A DNA stretch of 28,469 nt from a virus (lineage: Duplodnaviria > Caudoviricetes): positions 1-28,469 of the IMG/VR virus record IMGVR_UViG_3300032250_000578; one strand, given 5' to 3'. Under the pieces are notes generated by a model that had not been told where the DNA came from, ran no database searches, and worked only from the letters and a program-made list of their open reading frames with translations. Shown piece after piece: positions 1 to 7,570 of this stretch. Position numbers and translations under genes: made by a program. Each line of letters opens with the position of its first letter. Position 1 is the first letter of the stretch.

Positions 1-933
1 CAACTCAATTTTTATCTTGCTGGTTTCTCGTGATTGCATTATAGTTAGTAGCGTTGCCAACTTGCCCAACTTTATCACAGCATCGTTCACATCCTTAACG
101 CCGTCGGGCCAGTCTGGTACACTCACTGCCCATCCCAGTTCCACAGCACGGTCAATCAACTCTAGGCCTGCCTTATCTTGATCTGGAACCACAACAACAT
201 CACGGCCTAAACTGCGTATCAGCCTTGCTTGGTCGTCACTGATTTCGTTGTGCATCACAGCTAGGCCACCAATACTGAGTGCATCAAAGATACCTTCGGT
301 CACAATCACATGTTGCCATCCTGCCTGCTGTAAATCTATTCCAAACACATAGCCCTGTTGCATGTCATTGATGTAGCGTGGGTTGCGATCATCTAGGAAT
401 CTTATTGTGCTGCCTACCACTTGGTTGTTGTAGGTAAACGGAACAACTACACCGGCTCTGGCAGTGGCTGCCACCATGACGGGATAGTCTTCGGGCACAT
501 GTCTACTGCGCAGGTATGCCCATTGCTCGGCTGTCACAGGTGTTACAAAATCTGTAAATTCTGGCAGGTCGGTTTCTTTAAACTCAATGGGTGCAGTGTT
601 GTTCCACTCACGTTGGCGATCTTCAATTAGGCCTTCCACACTGCGATGTCGCATGCTTTCGAGATTGATCAAATTGATATCATTCTCGGGAACTCCTAGC
701 CAACTCAATAGTCGCCGTGCTTTAAACCCAATATTGCGACCCAGAATAAAACTGGCAGTGTAGCCGCAGTTGAAGCAGTGATAACTCCAGCCCTGTGCAG
801 AAAGTTTGATGCCACCACGCCCTCGTCGATCTGGTGTGTCGCCGTTGTGTACACAACAGGGTGCGTTAAAGGAAATCCATCCTGAACCGGATTGTTTTCT
901 TTTTGCAGGTAAAAATGCCAACACATCAATCAT
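1..933 (-). CDS. DNA primase (Zn-finger + TOPRIM), 3' end runs off the window
   Basis: Translated by hand (absent from the ORF track). ATG at 933-931 gives MIDVLAFLPAKRKQSGSGWISFNAPCCVHNGD...YHCFNCG (Zn-binding), then VTEGIFDALS and VVPDQDKAG...KDVND (TOPRIM acidic motifs). The frame stays open to position 1. Confidence 0.9.
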   Translation of the reverse strand, partial: MIDVLAFLPAKRKQSGSGWISFNAPCCVHNGDTPDRRGRGGIKLSAQGWSYHCFNCGYTASFILGRNIGFKARRLLSWLGVPENDINLINLESMRHRSVEGLIEDRQREWNNTAPIEFKETDLPEFTDFVTPVTAEQWAYLRSRHVPEDYPVMVAATARAGVVVPFTYNNQVVGSTIRFLDDRNPRYINDMQQGYVFGIDLQQAGWQHVIVTEGIFDALSIGGLAVMHNEISDDQARLIRSLGRDVVVVPDQDKAGLELIDRAVELGWAVSVPDWPDGVKDVNDAVIKLGKLATLLTIMQSRETSKIKIEL

Positions 934-939
934 GCTACT

Positions 940-968
940 ATTGTAACAGGTCTTGTGCTGTAAATCAA
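940..968 (-). promoter_or_regulatory. sigma70-type promoter for the primase gene
   Basis: TTGATT-17 nt-TACAAT on the minus strand; the -10 box ends 6 nt before the ATG. Confidence 0.6.
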
Positions 969-979
969 CTTGTTTTGGC

Positions 980-2089
980 TTAACGGTACTTTAAATTTAC
1001 TACATATCCAGTGGACACAATCACCTGTACTGACTGCATGGTCGGCGGCAGTGGGCGGTAACCAGAACCGCCGTTGATCAAGTTGACAGTGCTGAGTGAC
1101 CCGTTGACAATGCTGGCAGTGGCTCTGGCACCGGCTCCTTCGCCTACAAATTCAATCAAAGGCGGAGCCAAATAGCCTGTTCCAGGAACAGTTACTGCAA
1201 CACCGGTAACTACACCATTGGTCACTGTGGCACGAGCCTGCGCTGGGCTGCCCATGACCTGCCCGTTGGTTCCGGTGGTGTAGATGCTGTTGTTGAAGCA
1301 GAGACGCAGTAACGGATGCCATCCGATCACGTTCATGTAAATGGTTTCAGTGGCATTTAGGTACTGAGTAGATTCAGTCACGTTGTACCAGATACCTTGA
1401 TAGTTTTCTGCACCTTGTGCTTTGATAGTTCCGGTATAGCCAACTAGATCCATCTGAATGGTTGTGACACTGCCCACTGGCTCAATGAAACTGCTGTAGA
1501 ATTCTGTTGGCTGGTAAGGACTGTAGTTGTTTATTGGTTGGCCAGCATTTGATGCCCAGTCTGGATATACTGTGCTGCTGGAGCCACCATAACTGGCCTG
1601 TGCTGTGATATCATTTGTAGGAATGGTCAAGTCTGCACTGGGCACAAATTCAGGGTACACACTGTCCACAATGTCCACCGGTGCTCTAGCACCACTCTGT
1701 GCATCGGTGTACACTGCTTCGGTTAGGTTGCCACTGGTTCGTGCAATGCTGTAGCCAGCTGGCTGTGCCAACACTGTGTTGAGTTCCGTGCTGTTGAGCG
1801 TCACCTTGGCACGACCGTACACAGCATTGATGACGGTCATGGGTTTTTCAATCAACAGTTCGTCACCGTTTTGACTGACCATTCTAAACATCAGTGTGCT
1901 GCCAGTGATGTTTACAGGCTTTTCATCCTGATTAATGAACTCAAACAAGATTACGTTGTCAACACCTTTGTTAACAGTTAGTTTTTTAGCATACACAGGA
2001 TTGTACCTCAGATTGAAATAAGCACCACTGGTGTCAGCTACGAGAACTCGAGTTACTTGTTGGTAAAGATAAACAGTGGTTGAATACAT
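980..2089 (-). CDS. probable virion structural protein (baseplate/tail-associated, beta-rich)
   Basis: 369 aa rich in T/V/G/N. The C-terminus has repeats of the type ARATVTNGVVTGVAVTVPGTGY / ARATASIVNGSLSTVNLINGGSGY seen in phage baseplate and tail proteins. A TAAATA motif lies 7 nt upstream. Confidence 0.6.
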   Translation of the reverse strand: MYSTTVYLYQQVTRVLVADTSGAYFNLRYNPVYAKKLTVNKGVDNVILFEFINQDEKPVNITGSTLMFRMVSQNGDELLIEKPMTVINAVYGRAKVTLNSTELNTVLAQPAGYSIARTSGNLTEAVYTDAQSGARAPVDIVDSVYPEFVPSADLTIPTNDITAQASYGGSSSTVYPDWASNAGQPINNYSPYQPTEFYSSFIEPVGSVTTIQMDLVGYTGTIKAQGAENYQGIWYNVTESTQYLNATETIYMNVIGWHPLLRLCFNNSIYTTGTNGQVMGSPAQARATVTNGVVTGVAVTVPGTGYLAPPLIEFVGEGAGARATASIVNGSLSTVNLINGGSGYRPLPPTMQSVQVIVSTGYVVNLKYR

Positions 2090-2096
2090 ATGGCTG

Positions 2097-2151
2097 TATT
2101 TACCAACAAATGATAACCTTTAAATTTAGCCGAAATTGCACGGTATAAATA
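2097..2151. promoter_or_regulatory. divergent pair of late-type TAAATA/TATAAATA promoters
   Basis: TAAATA on the minus strand at 2097-2102; TATAAATA (the T4 late consensus) on the plus strand at 2144-2151, 6 nt before ATG 2158. Confidence 0.6.
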
Positions 2152-2157
2152 TCTCCG

Positions 2158-2535
2158 ATGGCCAATGATATCTTTACCAAACTCAGCGAACAATATCCCT
2201 TCATTACCCTGTGTGTCTACGGGTCAGTGGAATATGTAGGTATTGTACAAAACAGAGACAGCACCATTACCACGATCTACGACTTTGGCAGCCTACACGA
2301 GCCTGAGCTAAAGCAACGATTCTTAGAGTTGGCCAATACTTGGTGGTGGGAAAGCAATAGAAGTATTCCCATCAACATCTTCTTAAAGAAGGATTGGGAC
2401 GTATTTAAACCCTGTCTGCGTACATTTGCCAACAAGGACTTGGAAATACTTCACGGGCCTGTGTGCAGTCTTAACGATATTGTGCTGAAAAAAGGCAAGC
2501 GCAAGAGTATCACTCTGGTGCGACGGATGGAGTAA
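2158..2535 (+). CDS. hypothetical phage protein
   Basis: 125-aa ORF with protein-like composition (WWWESNRSIPINIFL), preceded by TATAAATA. Its 3' end overlaps the convergent DnaE-like gene. Confidence 0.75.
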   Translation: MANDIFTKLSEQYPFITLCVYGSVEYVGIVQNRDSTITTIYDFGSLHEPELKQRFLELANTWWWESNRSIPINIFLKKDWDVFKPCLRTFANKDLEILHGPVCSLNDIVLKKGKRKSITLVRRME

Positions 2536-3088
2536 GCAAGTTCATATGTAATGCTACCAGGGCTGCGTAAGAAATTGCGTGGCTTTTTTTAAATGTGTAG
2601 CCTCGTGACTCGTCACCGTCCCACACAGAGTCAAACACTGTTGCCCAGGGCTGTCGTTGTAAGTGTGCTTTGCCTGGCCTAATGATACTGATAAACGCTG
2701 CCATTCTTGGAATCGTGTCTGGCCGCATTGCATTCAACAAGTCTGTGTAGTTACCCACGTGTGCTAATTGTCGAGCCCATTCGGGTTCTTGCCACAGCCT
2801 TGACCATACAGGTTCTGTGGCCACTGCTCGGGCATAGTGTTCAGTACTGGTGATCAACTGATAAACACTCATGTTCAAAAAGTCAATTTTAAAATAGCCC
2901 AGCTGTTCAGCAGCCTCATAATCAATGGCTGCACAGTGATTAACCGGATCCAATGGAATGTCTGTGACATACACACCTGAGTTGTGTCTGCGTATCTGTC
3001 CCTGTACCGTTTGACGTGCAGGTGTATGCTGAATCAACTTCAACACTGCTTCTCGGTTGGCAAAATCCAAATCAATATCTGCGCTCAT
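2510..3088 (-). CDS. miniature DNA polymerase III alpha (DnaE)-like protein, catalytic core only
   Basis: Family-C motifs appear in the correct order within 192 aa: ADIDLDF, HNSGVYV, GYFKIDFL, ISIIRPG, GYTFKKSHAISYA. Confidence 0.8.
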   Translation of the reverse strand: MSADIDLDFANREAVLKLIQHTPARQTVQGQIRRHNSGVYVTDIPLDPVNHCAAIDYEAAEQLGYFKIDFLNMSVYQLITSTEHYARAVATEPVWSRLWQEPEWARQLAHVGNYTDLLNAMRPDTIPRMAAFISIIRPGKAHLQRQPWATVFDSVWDGDESRGYTFKKSHAISYAALVALHMNLLTPSVAPE

Positions 3089-3435
3089 CGTTGTACCAAG
3101 GTTGTGACAATGTCCAACTGTTCCTGTGCATGCACCACTGTGGCCAGTGCATCAGCCACAGCAGGATGCTGTTTGGCCAACTCTTCTAGACGTTTTTCTT
3201 TTTCCATTTGACGACGTGCCCATTGTACTGCTTCTTGAGTTACACCGTCAAGACTTATCTGAACATGCCCGCTGGACAAGGTCAGCCAAGTGACGCCATC
3301 ATAAACTTCTATGTTACTTGAACTGGAATTGTAGCGTAGCATTCCGGCACTCTGGGCACCGGGACTTATATACGGTTGCATAGAGTTACTGCCGCTTGTT
3401 GCCAGGCCTACACCGGGTATTATTCCTTTGATCAT
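3085..3435 (-). CDS. hypothetical protein
   Basis: 116 aa with a GMLRYNS..IEVYDG..W motif and a helical C-terminus; ATGA-coupled to the downstream gene. Confidence 0.7.
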   Translation of the reverse strand: MIKGIIPGVGLATSGSNSMQPYISPGAQSAGMLRYNSSSSNIEVYDGVTWLTLSSGHVQISLDGVTQEAVQWARRQMEKEKRLEELAKQHPAVADALATVVHAQEQLDIVTTLVQR

Positions 3436-3436
3436 A

Positions 3437-4111
3437 TCACCATCCTGCCTGTGTTAATATTTCTTTGGCATACTCTTGGTCTGCAGAGTAATTGCCAAAC
3501 TTCTTTTGCCACACATCCGAGTCAATGTAGGGCCATACCATGGCAATTTGGCCTGCATCTAATGCGCTTAAAAAGCCTTGTCCGGATTCTGAGTTATAGA
3601 TCACCCAAGGGCTAATGCGGCCTGTTGTCACTGCGTACACTGTGGCATTGGTGCCACCATAACGTAAACAATCCTGTGCAGGGTTACCTGTTTTTTCTGC
3701 CCAGTCAATGCTGTATTCCATTGCACGGGCCAAGGCGTCGGCAACATTTTCCACTTGCAAATAGTATATTAGGTATTCAGTATAAACTGCATCACGACAC
3801 CAATGATCAATCTTTTTGTTTTGTTTCAACACCCATTCCATAAAACGTGGTGGATTGATAGCACGTATGGCCACACAGTAACGACCAAACTTTACAAATG
3901 CTCGGTAGTAGGGACTGTCACAAAAGTCATCATATGTTTTTAGCTTGGCACTGCCTTGTGTCATTTCAAAAAACTTGATGTAGGCTTGAAAGCCCAGCTC
4001 TACTCCGCGCTCAGATCGCTCTTGTCTACGACGCCGCGGCTCACAGCTATGTACAGTGAGACTGGTTTCTTTTACAAAGTCTTTTCGGCAGTACTGACAG
4101 GTGTAGGTCAT
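3437..4111 (-). CDS. hypothetical protein with N-terminal Zn-finger-like motif
   Basis: N-terminus YTCQYCRKDFVKETSLTVHSC has a C2H2/C2HC pattern; ATGA overlap with the upstream gene. Confidence 0.75.
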   Translation of the reverse strand: MTYTCQYCRKDFVKETSLTVHSCEPRRRRQERSERGVELGFQAYIKFFEMTQGSAKLKTYDDFCDSPYYRAFVKFGRYCVAIRAINPPRFMEWVLKQNKKIDHWCRDAVYTEYLIYYLQVENVADALARAMEYSIDWAEKTGNPAQDCLRYGGTNATVYAVTTGRISPWVIYNSESGQGFLSALDAGQIAMVWPYIDSDVWQKKFGNYSADQEYAKEILTQAGW

Positions 4112-4557
4112 TTTTTCGTGTCTTGTCCTGACAATCTTAGGTGCTCGTCAATTTCTTTTTTGGTAGTGATTGATGCCAGCACTGCAATGTCATCGTCTTT
4201 CATATGCGGATACAGTTCTGCCAACTGCTTGCGTATACCACTGGCACCGGGTTCTTTCTTCTTGGGCGCAATCCATGTGTGACGAGGTGTGCCCAGGCCA
4301 GGACTCACTGTGGTAGCACACAGCCATTGCAGTTCCGGGTGTCGGTTCAAGGTAAAGAAGTGCTTGTTGAAACGTTCATTCAGTGCAATAACATAGAACT
4401 CCTGTAGTTCTCTACTGCCTTCCACTGCACTGCCCCAACGCAACATTAGGAAGTTTGAAAACTTCTTGCGTTCTTCATCTGTCAGCTCTTGATAGAAAGC
4501 GCGGTTCTTGCGATCCATCTGTCGCATCTCGTTGGCAATGTTTAGTTTGTCACTCAT
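4108..4557 (-). CDS. possible T4 gp62-like clamp-loader small subunit
   Basis: Size (149 aa) and the pattern FSNFLMLRW...N..FNKHFF...LQW...RHTWI..KK resemble gp62 homologues. Recognised by eye only. Confidence 0.45.
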   Translation of the reverse strand: MSDKLNIANEMRQMDRKNRAFYQELTDEERKKFSNFLMLRWGSAVEGSRELQEFYVIALNERFNKHFFTLNRHPELQWLCATTVSPGLGTPRHTWIAPKKKEPGASGIRKQLAELYPHMKDDDIAVLASITTKKEIDEHLRLSGQDTKK

Positions 4558-4724
4558 TTGTTTTGATCTTTGATCAATAGGTATATTGTTACGACACGAT
4601 CCAGTGCTTCTTGTAAAGCAACATTGGTCCTTGCTTTTCTACGAATCTCGCCCCACAGTTTAGCATCTATAATATGCTCTCGCAATGGTCTTCCATCACT
4701 GGTACGTGGGTCAACTGTTTCCAT
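4554..4724 (-). CDS. small hypothetical protein (56 aa)
   Basis: Not in the ORF track: METVDPRTSDGRPLREHIIDAKLWGEIRRKARTNVALQEALDRVVTIYLLIKDQNK. It fills the gap exactly, with a TAATG overlap upstream and an ATGA overlap downstream. Confidence 0.8.
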   Translation of the reverse strand: METVDPRTSDGRPLREHIIDAKLWGEIRRKARTNVALQEALDRVVTIYLLIKDQNK

Positions 4725-5224
4725 TACCAGGCCTTTTGATAATCAACAATTTCACAGTTACGGCTGATGTCCTTGACAAAGTACACACAGTCCGGCTTGG
4801 GTCCGTCGGAGATGGGAACACACAGCATCTGACCATTTTTCAATCTTGGCGCATACCAAGCCACTTCGTGATAGACATCTACAATTTCAATTGTGGGAAA
4901 GGTGGGTCGGAAACTGCTGAGTGGGTTGAACTGGAATACCTTGAACCCACGATCGTTGATACTGGTCAAGGGCAACACTTCGAGATCGCCCACTTCAGGT
5001 TCACCAATCAACACTTGCCAGTCCATAGGCATGCGAATTTTGTGTTCGCCAATTTGTAACACCAGAGCAGGTGCATTGAAGCTTTCAAGAAAGATAAGTG
5101 GAATATAATGATAGTCAGGATCTTTAGGATCGCTGTTGTCAAATATAGCAAACCTCATGTCATCTACTTCTTCTGGAAGATGGTCAAGGTCAAAAAGTGT
5201 ATTGTCAAGTGTTAATATGCGCAT
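4724..5224 (-). CDS. hypothetical beta-rich protein, possibly a degenerate Hint-like fold
   Basis: 166-aa first gene of the operon, directly behind a strong promoter. The fold assignment is speculative. Confidence 0.7.
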   Translation of the reverse strand: MRILTLDNTLFDLDHLPEEVDDMRFAIFDNSDPKDPDYHYIPLIFLESFNAPALVLQIGEHKIRMPMDWQVLIGEPEVGDLEVLPLTSINDRGFKVFQFNPLSSFRPTFPTIEIVDVYHEVAWYAPRLKNGQMLCVPISDGPKPDCVYFVKDISRNCEIVDYQKAW

Positions 5225-5230
5225 GAATGT

Positions 5231-5259
5231 ATAATACAGTATTACCGGTCAAATGTCAA
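5231..5259 (-). promoter_or_regulatory. sigma70-type promoter for the six-gene operon ending in mini-DnaE
   Basis: TTGACA-17 nt-TATTAT; the -10 box ends 6 nt before ATG 5224. Confidence 0.7.
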
Positions 5260-5900
5260 GCGTTTTTTAACTTTGTCATTACTTCGTTGGCAAATCTAGA
5301 TTGCCAAACTGGATCAGGAACATGGAACACTGGCACTTGAGTTTGTAGCTCAACTGGATATGTTGACAAGTTCAGGTCTATGTTGTGTTTGTTAAACTGC
5401 GCAATTTCTGCATTTACCACAGTGATGTTATTGTCCAATGTCGGAGTAACCGGCACCTGTAATTGGAATGTGCCCAGTGAGTACACAAATGGAATATTTA
5501 AATTTTTTAGAAAGTGCAGAATGCCAAGAATTTGCCAAAATGCCCCAAAACTTGTTAAATCAGGATCAGTCAGGCTCATATACAACCGGGTCAACAGCTT
5601 TTGGTCGTTGTTTAACAGATGCTGATGCAGGTGAGTTATCCATTTTCCGTGAAAACTGTCAACAATGTTTTTAAATTCGATGCGGCCTGCATTTGTAAAT
5701 CCAATAACCACAGCGGCTGGGTTATCCTTGAGACCTTCGATCAAACTGTGTTGTATCATGCTTATCGAACTTCCCGGCATTGCACGATTATCTACATCGT
5801 AGTCCGGCAACATTTCTGACCAGTGCTGGTCAGGAAAGTCTTTATCTCGAGAAAAGAAACTGTCCCCTACTATCAACAAACGTGGGCGTGTTATTTCCAT
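5256..5900 (-). CDS. SGNH/GDSL-like hydrolase or acyltransferase
   Basis: Motifs LLIVGDSF, NRAMPGSS and a C-terminal FH. The start is moved to MEITRPR at 5900, which overlaps the helicase stop. Confidence 0.6.
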   Translation of the reverse strand: MEITRPRLLIVGDSFFSRDKDFPDQHWSEMLPDYDVDNRAMPGSSISMIQHSLIEGLKDNPAAVVIGFTNAGRIEFKNIVDSFHGKWITHLHQHLLNNDQKLLTRLYMSLTDPDLTSFGAFWQILGILHFLKNLNIPFVYSLGTFQLQVPVTPTLDNNITVVNAEIAQFNKHNIDLNLSTYPVELQTQVPVFHVPDPVWQSRFANEVMTKLKNA

Positions 5901-7351
5901 TCTAACTTCTCCTGAGAAAACGGGTAGTTGGCATCTTTGTAAAATGCTTTGCGTTTGGTCAGGTGTCGCTTGGCAAACTTGCAAGTACTGGTCACATCCC
6001 AGATTTCTACATGATCCTTGTCTTCTGCTTTTCTAATGCCGCGTCCAATGCTTTGGATAACTCTGACAAAGCTCTTTCCGGGTTCAAGAAGAACCAAATT
6101 AAAAATCCTTGGAATATTAATACCCACAGCGGCCACACCGTAAGTCGCCACAATAATCTTGCCAGTGCTGGTCGCCACTTCATCATATTCATCTTGTCTT
6201 GCTCCTGCTTTGGTTGCACCTGATACAAACACTGCTCGATCGCCCAGGCGTTCAATCAAAGCATGACCGGCTGCTACACGGTCTACTAGTACTAGTGTAT
6301 TGCCTGTTGTGTTGACCTGGGCAACCAAATTGGCAATGGCAGTGAGTCGGTCTGGCTCTTCCAACAAGAACTTTAACTCACTTTGATAATTTGAAAACTC
6401 TGCATGGTCCACCAACTGCACAATGTTCACATGACACTGTGCCAGCACACCACGATCCTGTAGTTCACTGGCGCTGAGCTGATTGATCACTGGACCAAGG
6501 CTACACCGCAGTGCTTGGAACTCAAATGGTTCTTTAGGCACAGTTCCGGTCAAACCCCATCGAATTGGCACTCTAGCCATGACCCCGGTCAACAGGCTTT
6601 TAAGTGCATCGGCCTTGGCCATGTGTACTTCATCCACTATCACGCAGACCACATCCTCAATAAAGTCCTGGATGGTAAAGTCTGCTACACCATTCTTTGT
6701 GTTCTTCATCAACACATTTAAACTTTGCCAAGTGCAGATAGTGTGAGTGCGACCTGTTTCTTTACGGTCACCAAAGTACACACCTACATCTAGACCCAGG
6801 TTGACATAGTCTGCTTCGGTCTGTGTGACCAAACTCTTGTTGGGCACAATAACAATACTACGGCCGTAGGGTTCAACACTGAGACTCAAGGCCGCTGTCA
6901 TCAAGGTCTTGCCTGCGCCAGTGGCCACTTCCTGTATGCACTGCGGGTTACCAAGAAAGTTGTTGATGATCTCAACTTGGTAGTCACGTAACACCACAGG
7001 CTGACCGGCCATTGGATGCGTCTTGGGCCAGACCTTGTGCGAAAAGGAGTCTTCTTGGCACTGCTGAAAATCAAATGTGGTAGAGTAAGTTCTTTGGTCG
7101 TCCAGTTCAATGTCGTAATTGAACTTTTCTAGTATGGGAATGATATCAGGTAACAAGTTTACATAAGTGCTACCCCCAAGTTGGAAGTAACTGACCTTGC
7201 CGTCCCATCGTCCTAGTCTAACAGCCGGAAGATACCTTGCTCCAGGTACATCATATTTAAATGCATTGACCAGCGCACGACGAGCATCAAGTTCAAGTCC
7301 TTCAATCTTGATATTGACCTCGTCACGTATTTGTATTGTTGCTTGTTTCAT
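5891..7351 (-). CDS. uvsW: UvsW-like superfamily 2 DNA helicase
   Basis: Motifs LRDYQ, ATGAGKT (Walker A), VDEVH, GLTGT and QSIGRGIR; N-terminal GRWDGK as in T4-like UvsW. Confidence 0.88.
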   Translation of the reverse strand: MKQATIQIRDEVNIKIEGLELDARRALVNAFKYDVPGARYLPAVRLGRWDGKVSYFQLGGSTYVNLLPDIIPILEKFNYDIELDDQRTYSTTFDFQQCQEDSFSHKVWPKTHPMAGQPVVLRDYQVEIINNFLGNPQCIQEVATGAGKTLMTAALSLSVEPYGRSIVIVPNKSLVTQTEADYVNLGLDVGVYFGDRKETGRTHTICTWQSLNVLMKNTKNGVADFTIQDFIEDVVCVIVDEVHMAKADALKSLLTGVMARVPIRWGLTGTVPKEPFEFQALRCSLGPVINQLSASELQDRGVLAQCHVNIVQLVDHAEFSNYQSELKFLLEEPDRLTAIANLVAQVNTTGNTLVLVDRVAAGHALIERLGDRAVFVSGATKAGARQDEYDEVATSTGKIIVATYGVAAVGINIPRIFNLVLLEPGKSFVRVIQSIGRGIRKAEDKDHVEIWDVTSTCKFAKRHLTKRKAFYKDANYPFSQEKLEWK

Positions 7352-7357
7352 TATAGT

Positions 7358-7386
7358 ATTATATACGCATTACAACAAGAAGTCAA
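7358..7386 (-). promoter_or_regulatory. sigma70-type promoter for uvsW
   Basis: TTGACT-17 nt-TATAAT; the -10 box ends 6 nt before ATG 7351. Confidence 0.75.
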
Positions 7387-7415
7387 AAAAACAGGTACCT
7401 TTTTAGGGGTACCTG
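7385..7415 (-). terminator. rho-independent terminator of the AAA-ATPase unit
   Basis: 8-bp stem CAGGTACC/GGTACCTG (7392-7399 and 7408-7415) followed by T7 on the minus strand. Confidence 0.8.
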
Positions 7416-7423
7416 CTATAAAG

Positions 7424-7456
7424 CCCGGGCCGGAGCCAACCGTTTGTATGCCCGGG
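7424..7456 (-). other. GC-rich RNA hairpin carrying an anti-RBS sequence
   Basis: Stem CCCGGGC/GCCCGGG encloses GGTTGGCTCC (minus strand), the reverse complement of the GGAGCCAACC RBS region at 8600-8609. Confidence 0.55.
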
Positions 7457-7464
7457 AAAAACTG

Positions 7465-7569
7465 TTACATCACTGCAATCAAAAAGATAAGCAATGCCAC
7501 AATTGGGTGTCCAAACAACAAGGCCATCATTGCCAGTATAGTGCCAAAAAAGGCCTTGTCGTTATCCAT
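7465..7569 (-). CDS. small hydrophobic membrane peptide (34 aa)
   Basis: Not in the ORF track: MDNDKAFFGTILAMMALLFGHPIVALLIFLIAVM. It starts 1 nt after the ATPase stop. Confidence 0.6.
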   Translation of the reverse strand: MDNDKAFFGTILAMMALLFGHPIVALLIFLIAVM

Positions 7570-7570
7570 T

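Noticed and set aside
421-929. ORF-track entries 421..630 (+) and 705..929 (-)
   Set aside because: Both are shadows of the primase gene (1..933, minus), which the track missed because it lacks a stop inside the window.
2510-3088. Mini-DnaE as a pseudogene or an intron/intein-split fragment
   Set aside because: Motifs from distant parts of DnaE are fused in one intact, coupled ORF, and no adjacent DnaE remnants, intron or intein are visible.
5901-5984. Extended N-termini in the ORF track (also at 10226, 11576, 13016, 14849 and 20271)
   Set aside because: They overlap neighbouring genes or promoters. Downstream ATGs fit ATGA coupling or TAAATA spacing better.
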